A stretch of 64,000 nucleotides of DNA from Eledone cirrhosa. Its lineage: Eukaryota. The notes below the pieces were generated by a model. That model did no database searches, had not been told where the DNA came from, and worked only from the letters and a program-made list of their open reading frames with translations. Made by a program: the position numbers and the translations under genes. Numbering within the stretch: the stretch's first letter is position 1; the number at the start of each line of letters is the position of its first letter. Location of the stretch: NCBI GenBank assembly GCA_964016885.1, contig OZ024744.1:101680001-101744000 (forward strand). Reading direction: 5' to 3'. Of this stretch, positions 40,601 to 52,700 are shown piece after piece.

Positions 40601-43600
40601 GTTGGTTACTTTATTGTTGGCTTTGTTTATTGTTGGTTTGTTTATTGTTGGCTTTGTTTATTGTTGGTTTGTTTATTGTTGGCTTTTTTTATTGTTGGTT
40701 TGTTTATTGTTGGCTTTGTTTATTGTTGGTTTGTTTATTGGTGGATTTGTTTATTGTTGGTTTGCTTATTGGTGGCTTTGTTAATTGTTGGTTTATTTAT
40801 TATTGGCTTTAATTATTGTTGGTTTGTTTTTTGTTGGTTTGTTTATTGTTGGTTTGTTTATTGTTGCTTTGTTTATTGTCGGCTTTGTTTAATGTTGGTT
40901 CGTTTATTGTTGGTTTCTTTATTGTTCGTTTGTTTTTTGTTAGTTTGTTTATTGTTGTCTTTGTTTATTTTTGGTTTGTTTATTGTCGGCTTTGTTTATT
41001 GTTGGTTTGTTTATTGTTGGCTTTCTTTATTGTTTGTTTGTTTATTATTGGCTTGGTTTATTGTTGGTTTATTTATTGTTGGTTTGTTTATTGTTGGCTT
41101 TGTTTATTGTTGGTTTGTTTATTGTTGGCTTTGTTTATTGTTGGTTTGTTTATTATTGGCTTTGTTTATTTTTGGTTTGTTTATTGTTGGCTTTGTATAT
41201 TTTTGGTTTGTTTATATACTGGCTTTGTTTATTGTTGGTTTGTTTATTGTTGGCTTTGTTTATAGTTGGTTTGTTTATTGTTGGTTTGTTTATTGTTGGC
41301 TTTGTTTATTGTTGGTTTGTTTATTGCTGGCTTTGTTTAATGTTAATTTGTTTATTGTTGGCTTTGTTTATTTTTTGTTTGTATATTGTTGGCTTTGTTT
41401 ATTGTTGGTTTGTTTATTGTTGGCTTTGTTTATTGTTGGTTTGTTTATTGTTCGCTTTCTTTATTGTTGGTTTGTTTATTATTGGCTTTGTTTATTGTTG
41501 GTTTGTTTATTGTTGGCTTTATTTATTGTTGGTTTGTTTATTGTTGGCTTCGTTTATTGCTGGTTTGTTTATTGGTGGCTTTGTTTATTGTTGGTTTGTT
41601 TATTGTTGGCTTTGTTTATTGTTGGTTATGTTTATTGTTGGTTTGTTTATTATTGGCTTTGTTTATTGTTGTTTTGCTTATTTGTGGCTTTGTTTAATGT
41701 TGGTTTGTATATTGTTGGCTTTGTTTATTGTTGGTTTGTTTATTATTGGCTTTAATTATTGTTGGTTTGTCTATTGTTGGCTTTGTTTATTGTTGCTTTC
41801 TTTATTGTTGGTTTGTTTATTGTTGGCTTTGTTTATTGCTCGTTTGTTTATTGTTGGTTTGTTTATTGTTGGCTTTGTTTATTGTTGGTTTGTTTATTGT
41901 TGGATTTGTTTATTGTTGGTTTGTTTATTATTTGCTTTGTTTATTGTTGGTTTGTTTATTGTTGGCTTTGTTTATTTTTGGTTTGCTTATTACTGGCTTT
42001 GTTTATTGTTGGTTTGTTTATTGTTGGCTTTGTTTATTGTTGGTTTGTTTATTGTTGGCTTTGTTTATTGTTGGGTTTTTTATTGCAGGCTTTGTTTAAT
42101 GTTGGTTTGTTTTATTGTTGGCTTTGTTTATTTTTGGTTCCTTTATTGTTGGCTTTGTTTATTGTTGGTTTGTTTATTGTTGGCTTTGTTTATTGTTGGT
42201 TTGTTTATTGTTGGCTTTTTTATTGTTGGTTTGTTTATTGTTGGCTTTGTTTATTGTTGGTTTGTTTATTGTTGGCTTCGTTTATTGCTGGTTTGTTTAT
42301 TGGTGGTTTGTTTATTATTGGCTTTGTTTATTGTTGTTTTGCTTCTTTGTGGCTTTGTTTAATGTTGGTTTGTTTATTGTTGGCTTTGTTTATTGTTGGT
42401 TTGTTTATTATTGGCTTTAATTATTGTTGGTTTGTCTATTGTTGGCTTTGTTTATTGTCGGCTTTGTTTATTGTTGGTTTGTTTATTGTTGGCTTTCTTT
42501 ATTGTTGGTTTGTTTATTATTGGCTTGGTTTATTGTTGGTTTATTTATTGTTGGTTTGTTTATTGTTGGCTTTGTTTATTGTTGGTTTGTTTATTGTTGG
42601 CTTTGTTTATTGTACGTTTGTTTATTATTGGCTTTGTTTATTTTTGGTTTGTTTATTGTTGGCTTTGTATATTTTTGGTTTGTTTATATACTGGCTTTGT
42701 TTATTGTTGGTTTGTTTATTGTTGGCTTTGTTAATAGTTGGTTTGTTTATTGTTGGTTTGTTTATTGTTGGCTTTGTTTATTGTTGGTTTGTTTATTGCT
42801 GGCTTTGTTTAATGTTAGTTTGTTTATTGTTGGCTTTGTTTATTTTTTGTTTGTATATTGTTGGCTTTGTTTATTGTTGGTTTGTTTATTGTTGGTTTGT
42901 TTATTGTTGGCTCTGTTTATTGTTGGTTTATTTATTGTTCTATTTCTTTATTGTTGGTTTGTTTATTATTGGCTTTGTTTATTGTTGGTTTGTTTATTGG
43001 TGGCTTTGTTTATTGTTGGTTTGTTTATTGTTGGCTTTGTTTATTGTTGGCTTTGTTTATTGTTGGTTTGTTTATTATTGGCTTTGTTTATTGTTGTTTT
43101 GCTTATTTGTGGCTTTGTTTAATGTTGGTTTGTTTATTGTTGGCTTTGTTTATTGTTGGTTTGTTTATTATTGGCTTTAATTATTGTTGGTTTGTCTATT
43201 GTTGGCTTTGTTTATTGTTGGTTTGTTTGTTGTTGGCTTTGTTTATTGTTGCTTTCTTTATTGTTGGTTTGTTTATTGTTGGCTTTGTTTATTGTTGGTT
43301 TGTTTATTGTTGGCTTTGTTTATTGTTGGTTTGTTTATTATTTGCTTTGTTTATTATTGGTTTGTTTTATTGTTGGCTTTGTTTATTTTTGGTTCCTTTA
43401 TTGTTGGCTTTGTTTATTGTTGGTTTGTTTATTGTTGGCTTTGTTTATTGTTGGTTTGTTTATTGTTGGCTTTTTTTATTGTTGGTTTGTTTATTGTTGG
43501 CTTTGTTTCTTGTTGGTTTGTTTATTATTGGCTTTGTTTATTGTTGGTTTCTTTATTGTTGGTTTGTTTTTTGTTAGTTTGTTTATTGTTGTCTTTGTTT

Positions 43601-43727
43601 ATTTTTGGTTTGTTTATTGCCGGCTTTGTTTATTGTTGGTTTGTTTATTGTTGGCTTTCTTTATTGTTGGTTTGTTTATTATTGGCTTGGTTTATTGTTG
43701 GTTTATTTATTGTTGGTTTGTTTATTA
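28660..43727. repeat. Tandem duplication of a 5698-bp HOR unit (~28660-34357); copy 2 (~34358-43727) is expanded by an internal 3671-bp duplication
   Basis: Offset 5698 for ORFs 28813/34511, 29675/35373, 30113/35811, 31214/36912, 33055/38753, 33489/39187. The tail of copy 1 resumes at offset 9370 (33783/43153, 34235/43605). Confidence 0.92.
35801..43228. repeat. Tandem duplication of 3671 bp nested in the second 5698-bp copy
   Basis: Offset 3671 for ORFs 35811/39482, 36246/39917, 36912/40583, 38088/41759, 39187/42858. The 2-bp insertion marker 'gtcggctttttgttt' occurs near 30455, 36153 and 39824. Confidence 0.93.
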
Positions 43728-46700
43728 TTGGCTTTGTTTATTGTTGGTTTGTTTATTGTTGGCTTTGTTTATTGTTGGTTTGTTTATTATTGGCTTTGTT
43801 TATTTTTGGTTTGTTTATTGTTGGCTTTGTATATTTTTGGTTTGTTTATATACTGGCTTTGTTTATTGTTGGTTTGTTTATTGTTGGCTTTGTTAATAGT
43901 TGGTTTGTTTATTGTTGGTTTGTTTATTGTTGGCTTTGTTTATTGTTGGTTTGTTTATTGCTGGCTTTGTTTAATGTTAGTTTGTTTATTGTTGGCTTTG
44001 TTTATTTTTTGTTTGTTTATTGTTGGCTTTGTTTATTGTTGGTTTGTTTATTGTTGGCTCTGTTTATTGTTGGTTTGTTTATTGTTCGCTTTCTTTATTG
44101 TTGGTTTGTTTATTATTGGCTTTGTTTATTGTTGGTTTGTTTATTGTTGGCTTTGTTTAATGTTGGTTTGTTTATTGTTGGCTTCGTTTATTGCTGGTTT
44201 GTTTATTGGTGGCTTTGTTTATTGTTGGTTTGTTTATTGTTGGCTTTGTTTATTGTTGGCTTTGTTTATTGTTGGTTTGTTTATTATTGGCTTTGTTTAT
44301 TGTTGTTTTGCTTATTTGTGGCTTTCTTTAATGTTGGTTTGTTTTTTGTTGGCTTTGTTTATTGTTGGTTTGTTTATTATTGGCTTTAATTATTGTTGGT
44401 TTGTCTATTGTTGGCTTTGTTTATTGTTGCTTTCTTTATTGTTGGTTTGTTTATTGTTGGCTTTGTTTATTGCTCGTTTGTTTAGTGTTGGTTTGTTTAT
44501 TGTTGGCTTTGTTTATTGTTGGTTTGTTTATTGTTGGCTTTGTTTATTGTTGTTTTGTTTATTATTTGCTTTGTTTATTGTTGGTTTGTTTATTGTTGGC
44601 TTTGTTTATTTTTGGTTTGTTTATTACTGGCTTTGTTTATTGTTGGTTTGTTTATTGTTGGTTTTGTTTATTGTTGGTTTGTTTATTGTTGGCTTTGTTT
44701 ATTGTTGGGTTTTTTATTGCAGGCTTTGTTTAATGTTGGTTTGTTTTATTGTTGGCTTTGTTTATTTTTGGTTCCTTTGTTGTTGGCATTGTTTATTGTT
44801 GGTTTGTTTATTGTTGGCTTTGTTTATTTTTGGTTTGTTTATTGTTGGCTTTTTTTATTGTTGGTTTGTTTATTGTTGGCTTTGTTTATTGTTGGTTTGT
44901 TTATTATTGGCTTTGTTTATTGTTGGCTTTGTTTATTGTTGGTTTGATTATTGTTGGCTTTGTTTATTGTTGGTTTGTTTATTGGTGGATTTGTTTATTG
45001 TTGGTTTGTTTATTGTTGGCTTTGTATATTGTTGGGTTTGTTTATTGTTGGTTTGTTTATTGTTGGCTTTGTTTATTGTTGGTTTGCTTATTGGTGGCTT
45101 TGTTTATTGTTGGTTTGTTTATTGTTGGCTTTGTTAATTGTTGGTTTATTTATTATTGGCTTTAATTATTGTTGGTTTGTCTATTGTTGGCTCTGTTTAT
45201 TGTTGGTTTGTTTATTGTTGGCTTTGTGTATTATTGGCTTTGTTTATTGTTGGTTTGTTTATTGTTGCTTTGTTTATTGTTGGTTTGTTCATTGTTGGTT
45301 TGTTTATTGTTGGTTTGTTTATTGTTGTTTTTTTTATTGTAGGCTTTGTTTAATGTTGGTTCGTTTATTGTTGGTTTCTTTATTTTTGGTTTGTTTTTTA
45401 TTAGTTTGTTTATTGTTGGTTTGTTTATTGTTGGCTTTGTTTATTGTTGGTTTGTTTATTGTTGGCTTTGTTTCTGGTTTGTTTCTTTATTATTGGCTTT
45501 GTTTATTTTTGTTTTGTTTATTGTTGGCTTTGTATATTTTTGGTTTGTTTATATACTGGCTTTGTTTATTGTTGGTTTGTTTATTGTTGGCTTTGTTTAT
45601 AGTTGGTTTGTTTATTGTTGGTTTGTTTATTGTTGGCTTTGTTTATTGTTGGTTTGTTTATTGCTGGCTTTGTTTAATGTTAGTTTGTTTATTGTTGGCT
45701 ATGTTTATTTTTTGTTTGTTTATTGTTGGCTTTGTTTATTGTTGGTTTGTTTATTGTTGGTTTGTTTATTGTTGGCTTTGTTTATTGTTGGTTTGTTTAT
45801 TGTTCGCTTTCTTTATTGTTGGTTTGTTTATTATTGGCTTTGTTTATTGTTGGTTTGTTTATTATTGGCTTTGTTTATTGTTGGTTTGTTTATTGTTGGC
45901 TTTGTTTATTGCTGGTTTGTTTGTTGGTGGCTTTGTTTATTGTTGGTTTGTTTATTGTTGGCTTTGTTTATTATTGGCTTTGTTTATTGTTGTTTTGGTT
46001 ATTTGTGGCTTTGTTTATTGTTGGTTTGTTTATTGTTGGCTTTGTTTATTGTTGGTTTGTTTATTATTGGCTTTAATTATTGTTGGTTTGTCTATTGTTG
46101 GCTTTGTTTATTGTTGGTTTGTTTATTGTTGGTTTTGTTTATTGTTGCTTTCTTTATTGTTGGTTTGTTTATTGTTGGCTTTGTTTATTGCTCGTTTGTT
46201 TATTGTTGGTTTGTTTATTGTTGGCTTTGTTTATTGTTGGTTTGTTTATTGTTGGTTTTGTTTATTGTTGGTTTGTTTATTGTTGGCTTTGTTTATTGTT
46301 GGTTTGTTTATTGTTGGCTTTGTTTATTATGGGTTTGTTTATTGTTGGCTTTTTTTATTGTTGGTTTGTTTATTGTTGGCTTTGTTTATTGTTCGTTTGC
46401 TTATTGTTGATTTATTTATTGTTGGCTTTGTTTATTGTTGGTTTGTTTATTGTTGGTTTTGTTTATTGTTGGTTTGTTTATTATTTGCTTTGTTTATTGT
46501 TGGTTTGTATATTGTTGGCTTTGTTTATTTTTGGTTTGTTTATTACTGGCTTTGTATATTGTTGGTTTGTTTATTGTCGGCTTTGTTTATTGTTGGTTTG
46601 TTTATTGTTGGCTTTGTTTATTGTTGGGTTTTTTATTGCAGGCTTTGTTTAATGTTGGTTTGTTTTATTGTTGGCTTTGTTTATTTTTGGTTCCTTTATT

Positions 46701-49700
46701 GTTGGCTTTGTTTATTGTTGGTTTGTTTATTGTTGGCTTTGTTTATTGTTGGTTTGTTTATTGTTGGCTTTTTTATTGTTGGTTTGTTTATTGTTGGCTT
46801 TGTTTATTGTTGGTTTGTTTATTATTGGCTTTGTTTATCGTTGGTTTCTTTATTGTTGGCTTTGTTTATTGATGGTTTGTTTATTGTTGGCTTTGTTTAT
46901 TGTTGGTTTGTTTATTGGTGGCTTTGTTTATTGTTGGTTTGTTTATTGTTGGCTCTGTTTATTGTTGGCTTTGTTTATTGTTGGTTTGTTTATTATTGGC
47001 TTTAATTATTGTTGGTTTGTCTATTGTTGGCTTTGTTTATTGTTGGTTTGTTTATTGTCGGTTTTGTTTATTGTTGCTTTCTTTATTGTTGGTTTGTTTA
47101 TTGTTGGCTTTGTTTATTGCTCGTTTGTTTATTGTTGGTTTGTTTATTGTTGGCTTTGTTTATTGTTGGTTTGTTTATTGTTGGCTTTGTTTATTGTTGG
47201 TTTGTTTATTGTTGGCTTTGTTTATTGTTGGGTTTTTTATTGCAGGCTTTGTTCAATGTTGTTTTGTTTTATTGTTGACTTTGTTTATTTTTGGTTCCTT
47301 TATTGTTGGCTTTGTTTATTGTTGGTTTGTTTATTGTTGGCTTTGTTTATTGTTGGTTTGTTTATTGTTGGCTTTTTTTATTGTTGGTTTGTTTATTGTT
47401 GGCTTTGTTTCTTGTTGGTTTGTTTATTGGTGGATTTGTTTATTGTTGGTTTGCTTATTGGTGGCTTTGTTTATTGTTGGTTTGTTTATTGTTGGCTTTG
47501 TTAATTGTTGGTATATTTATTATTGGCTTTAATTATTGTTGGTTTGTTTATTGTTGGTTTGTTTATTGTTGGCTTTGTTTATTCTTGGTTTGTTTATTGC
47601 TGGCTTTGTTTAATTTTAGTTTGTTTATTGTTGGCTTTGTTTATTTTTTGTTTGTTTATTGTTGGCTTTGTTTATTGTTGGTTTGTTTATTGTTGGTTTG
47701 TTTATTGTTGGCTTTGTTTATTGTTGGTTTGTTTATTGTTCGCTTTCTTTATTGTTGGTTTGTTTATTATTGGCTTTGTTTATTGTTGGTTTGATTATTG
47801 TTGGCTTTGTTTATTGTTGGTTTGTTCATTGTTGGCTTTGTTTATTGCTGGTTTGTTTATTGGTGGCTTTGTTTATTGTTGGTTTGTTTATTGTTGGCTT
47901 TGTTTATTGTTGGCTTTGTTTATTGTTGGTTTGTTTATTATTGGCTTTGTTAATTGTTGTTTTGCTTATTTGTGGCTTTGTTTATTGTTGGTTTGTTTAT
48001 TGTTAGCTTTGTTTATTGTTGGTTTGTTTATTATTGGCTTTAATTATTGTTGGTTTGTCTATTGTTGGCTTTGTTTATTGTTGGTTTCTTTATTGTTGGC
48101 TTTGTGTATTGTTGGTTTGTTTATTGTTGGCTTTGTTTATTGTGGGTTTGTTTATTGTTGGCTTTTTTTATTGTTGGTTTGTTATTGTTGGCTTTGTTTA
48201 TTGTTCGTTTGTTTATTGTTGGTTTGTTTATTGTTGGCTTTGTTTATTGTTGGTTTGTTTATTGTTGGCTTTGTTTATTGTTGGTTTGTTTATTGTTGGC
48301 TTTGTTTATTGTTGGTTTGTTTATTGTTGGCTTTTTTTATTGTTGGTTTGTTTATTGTTGGCTTTGTTTATTGTTCGTTTGCTTATTGTTGATTTATTTA
48401 TTGTTGGCTTTGTTTATTGTTGGTTTGTTTATTGTTGGCTTTGTTTATTGTTGGCTTTGTTTATTGTTGGTTTGTTTATTGTTGGCTTTGTTTATTGTTG
48501 GTTTGTTTATTGTTGGCTTTGTTTATTATGGGTTTGTTTATTGTTGGCTTTTTTTATTGTTGGTTTGTTTATTGTTGGCTTTGTTTATTGTTCGTTTGCT
48601 TATTGTTGATTTATTTATTGTTGGCTTTGTTTATTGTTGGTTTGTTTATTGTTGGCTTTGTTTATTGTTGGTTTGTTTATTATTTGCTTTGTTTATTGTT
48701 GGTTTGTTTATTGTTGGCTTTGTTTATTTTTGGTTTGTTTATTACTGGCTTTGTTTATTGTTGGTTTGTTTATTGTCGGCTTTGTTTATTGTTGGTTTGT
48801 TTATTGTTGGCTTTGTTTATTGTTGGGTTTTTTATTGCAGGCTTTGTTTAATGTTGGTTTGTTTTATTGTTGGCTTTGTTTATTTTTGGTTCCTTTATTG
48901 TTGGCTTTGTTTATTGTTGGCTTTGTTTATTGTTGGTTTGTTTATTGTTGGCTTTTTTATTGTTGGTTTGTGTATTGTTGGCTTTGTTTATTGTTGGTTT
49001 GTTTATTATTGGCTTTGTTTATTGTTGGTTTCTTTATTGTTGGCTTTGTTTATTGATGGTTGGTTTATTGTTGGCTTTGTTTATTGTTGGTTTGTTTATT
49101 GGTGGCTTTGTTTAATGTTGGTTTGTTTATTGTTGGCTCTGTTTATTGTTGGCTTTGTTTATTGTTGGTTTGTTTATTATTGGCTTTAATTATTGTTGGT
49201 TTGTCTATTGTTGGCTTTGTTTATTGTTGGTTTGTTTATTGTCGGTTTTGTTTATTGTTGCTTTCTTTATTGTTGGTTTGTTTATTGTTGGCTTTGTTTA
49301 TTGCTCGTTTGTTTATTGTTGGTTTGTTTATTGTTGGCTTTGTTTATTGTTGGTTTGTTTATTGTTGGCTTTGTTTATTGTTGGTTTGTTTATTGTTGGC
49401 TTTGTTTATTGTTGGGTTTTTTATTGCAGGCTTTGTTTAATGTTGGTTTGTTTTATTGTTGGCTTTGTTTATTTTTGGTTCCTTTATTGTTGGCTTTGTT
49501 TATTGTTGGTTTGTTTATTGTTGGCTTTGTTTATTGTTGGTTTGTTTATTGTTGCCTTTTTTTATTGTTGGTTTGTTTATTGTTGGCTTTGTTTATTGTT
49601 GGTTTGTTTATTGGTGGATTTGTTTATTGTTGGTTTGCTTATTGGTGGCTTTGTTTATTGTTGGTTTGTTTATTGTTGGCTTTGTTAATTGTTGGTATAT

Positions 49701-52700
49701 TTATTATTGGCTTTAATTATTGTTGGTTTGTTTATTGTTGGTTTTTTTATTGTTGGTTTGTTTATTGTTGCTTTGTTTATTGTTGGTTTGTTTATTATTG
49801 GCTTTGTTTATTGTTGGTTTGTTTATTGTTGGCTTTGTTTATTGATGGTTTGTTTATTGTTGGCTTTGTTTATTGTTGGTTTGTTTATTGGTGGCTTTGT
49901 TTATTGTTGGTTTGTTTATTGTTGGCTTTGTTTATTGTTGGCTTTGTTTATTGTTGGTTTGTTTATTATTGGCTTTAATTATTGTTGGTTTGTCTATTGT
50001 TGGCTTTGTTTATTGTTGGTTTGTTTATTGTTGGTTTTGATTATTGTTGCTTTCTTTATTGTTGGTTTGTTTATTGTTGGCTTTGTTTATTGCTCGTTTG
50101 TTTAATGTTGGTTTGTTTATTATTTGCTTTGTTTATTGTTGGTTTGTTTATTGTTGGCTTTGTTTATTTTTGGTTTGTTTATTACTGGCTTTGTTTATTG
50201 TTGGTTTGTTTATTGTTGGCTTTGTTTATTGTTGGTTTGTTTATTGTTGGCTTTGTTTATTGTTGGGTTTTTTATTGCAGGCTTTGTTTAATGTTGGTTT
50301 GTTTTATTGTTGGCTTTGTTTATTTTTGGTTCCTTTATTGTTGGCTTTGTTTATTGTTGGTTTGTTTATTGTTGGCTTTGTTTATTGTTGGTTTGTTTAT
50401 TGTTGGCTTTTTTTATTGTTGGTTTGTTTATTGTTGGCTTTGTTTATTGTTGGTTTGTTTATTGGTGGATTTGATTATTGTTGGTTTGCTTATTGGTGGC
50501 TTTGTTAATTGTTGGTTTATTTATTATTGGCTTTAATTATTGTTGGTTTGTTTTTTGTTGGTTTGTTTATTGTTGGTTTGTTTATTGTTGCTTTGTTTAT
50601 TGTCGGCTTTGTTTAATGTTGGTTCGTTTATTGTTGGTTTCTTTATTGTTCGTTTGTTTTTTGTTAGTTTGTTTATTGTTGTCTTTGTTTATTTTTGGTT
50701 TGTTTATTGTCGGCTTTGTTTATTGTTGGTTTGTTTATTGTTGGCTTTCTTTATTGTTTGTTTGTTTATTATTGGCTTGGTTTATTGTTGGTTTATTTAT
50801 TGTTGGTTTGTTTATTGTTGGCTTTGTTTATTGTTGGTTTGTTTATTGTTGGCTTTGTTTATTGTTGGTTTGTTTATTATTGGCTTTGTTTATTTTTGGT
50901 TTGTTTATTGTTGGCTTTGTATATTTTTGGTTTGTTTATATACTGGCTTTGTTTATTGTTGGTTTGTTTATTGTTGGCTTTGTTTATAGTTGGTTTGTTT
51001 ATTGTTGGTTTGTTTATTGTTGGCTTTGTTTATTGTTGGTTTGTTTATTGCTGGCTTTGTTTAATGTTAATTTGTTTATTGTTGGCTTTGTTTATTTTTT
51101 GTTTGTATATTGTTGGCTTTGTTTATTGTTGGTTTGTTTATTGTTGGCTTTGTTTATTGTTGGTTTGTTTATTGTTCGCTTTCTTTATTGTTGGTTTGTT
51201 TATTATTGGCTTTGTTTATTGTTGGTTTGTTTATTGTTGGCTTTGTTTATTGTTGGTTTGTTTAGTGTTGGCTTCGTTTATTGCTGGTTTGTTTATTGGT
51301 GGCTTTGTTTATTGTTGGTTTGTTTATTGTTGGTTTGTTTATTATTGGCTTTGTTTATTGTTGTTTTGCTTATTTGTGGCTTTGTTTAATGTTGGTTTGT
51401 ATATTGTTGGCTTTGTTTATTGTTGGTTTGTTTATTATTGGCTTTAATTATTGTTGGTTTGTCTATTGTTGGCTTTGTTTATTGTTGCTTTCTTTATTGT
51501 TGGTTTGTTTATTGTTGGCTTTGTTTATTGCTCGTTTGTTTATTGTTGGTTTGTTTATTGTTGGCTTTGTTTATTGTTGGTTTGTTTATTGTTGGATTTG
51601 TTTATTGTTGGTTTGTTTATTATTTGCTTTGTTTATTGTTGGTTTGTTTATTGTTGGCTTTGTTTATTTTTGGTTTGCTTATTACTGGCTTTGTTTATTG
51701 TTGGTTTGTTTATTGTTGGCTTTGTTTATTGTTGGTTTGTTTATTGTTGGCTTTGTTTATTGTTGGGTTTTTTATTGCAGGCTTTGTTTAATGTTGGTTT
51801 GTTTTATTGTTGGCTTTGTTTATTTTTGGTTCCTTTATTGTTGGCTTTGTTTATTGTTGGTTTGTTTATTGTTGGCTTTGTTTATTGTTGGTTTGTTTAT
51901 TGTTGGCTTTTTTATTGTTGGTTTGTTTATTGTTGGCTTTGTTTATTGTTGGTTTGTTTATTGTTGGCTTCGTTTATTGCTGGTTTGTTTATTGGTGGTT
52001 TGTTTATTATTGGCTTTGTTTATTGTTGTTTTGCTTCTTTGTGGCTTTGTTTAATGTTGGTTTGTTTATTGTTGGCTTTGTTTATTGTTGGTTTGTTTAT
52101 TATTGGCTTTAATTATTGTTGGTTTGTCTATTGTTGGCTTTGTTTATTGTCGGCTTTGTTTATTGTTGGTTTGTTTATTGTTGGCTTTCTTTATTGTTGG
52201 TTTGTTTATTATTGGCTTGGTTTATTGTTGGTTTATTTATTGTTGGTTTGTTTATTGTTGGCTTTGTTTATTGTTGGTTTGTTTATTGTTGGCTTTGTTT
52301 ATTGTACGTTTGTTTATTATTGGCTTTGTTTATTTTTGGTTTGTTTATTGTTGGCTTTGTATATTTTTGGTTTGTTTATATACTGGCTTTGTTTATTGTT
52401 GGTTTGTTTATTGTTGGCTTTGTTAATAGTTGGTTTGTTTATTGTTGGTTTGTTTATTGTTGGCTTTGTTTATTGTTGGTTTGTTTATTGCTGGCTTTGT
52501 TTAATGTTAGTTTGTTTATTGTTGGCTTTGTTTATTTTTTGTTTGTATATTGTTGGCTTTGTTTATTGTTGGTTTGTTTATTGTTGGCTCTGTTTATTGT
52601 TGGTTTATTTATTGTTCGATTTCTTTATTGTTGGTTTGTTTATTATTGGCTTTGTTTATTGTTGGTTTGTTTATTGGTGGCTTTGTTTATTGTTGGTTTG

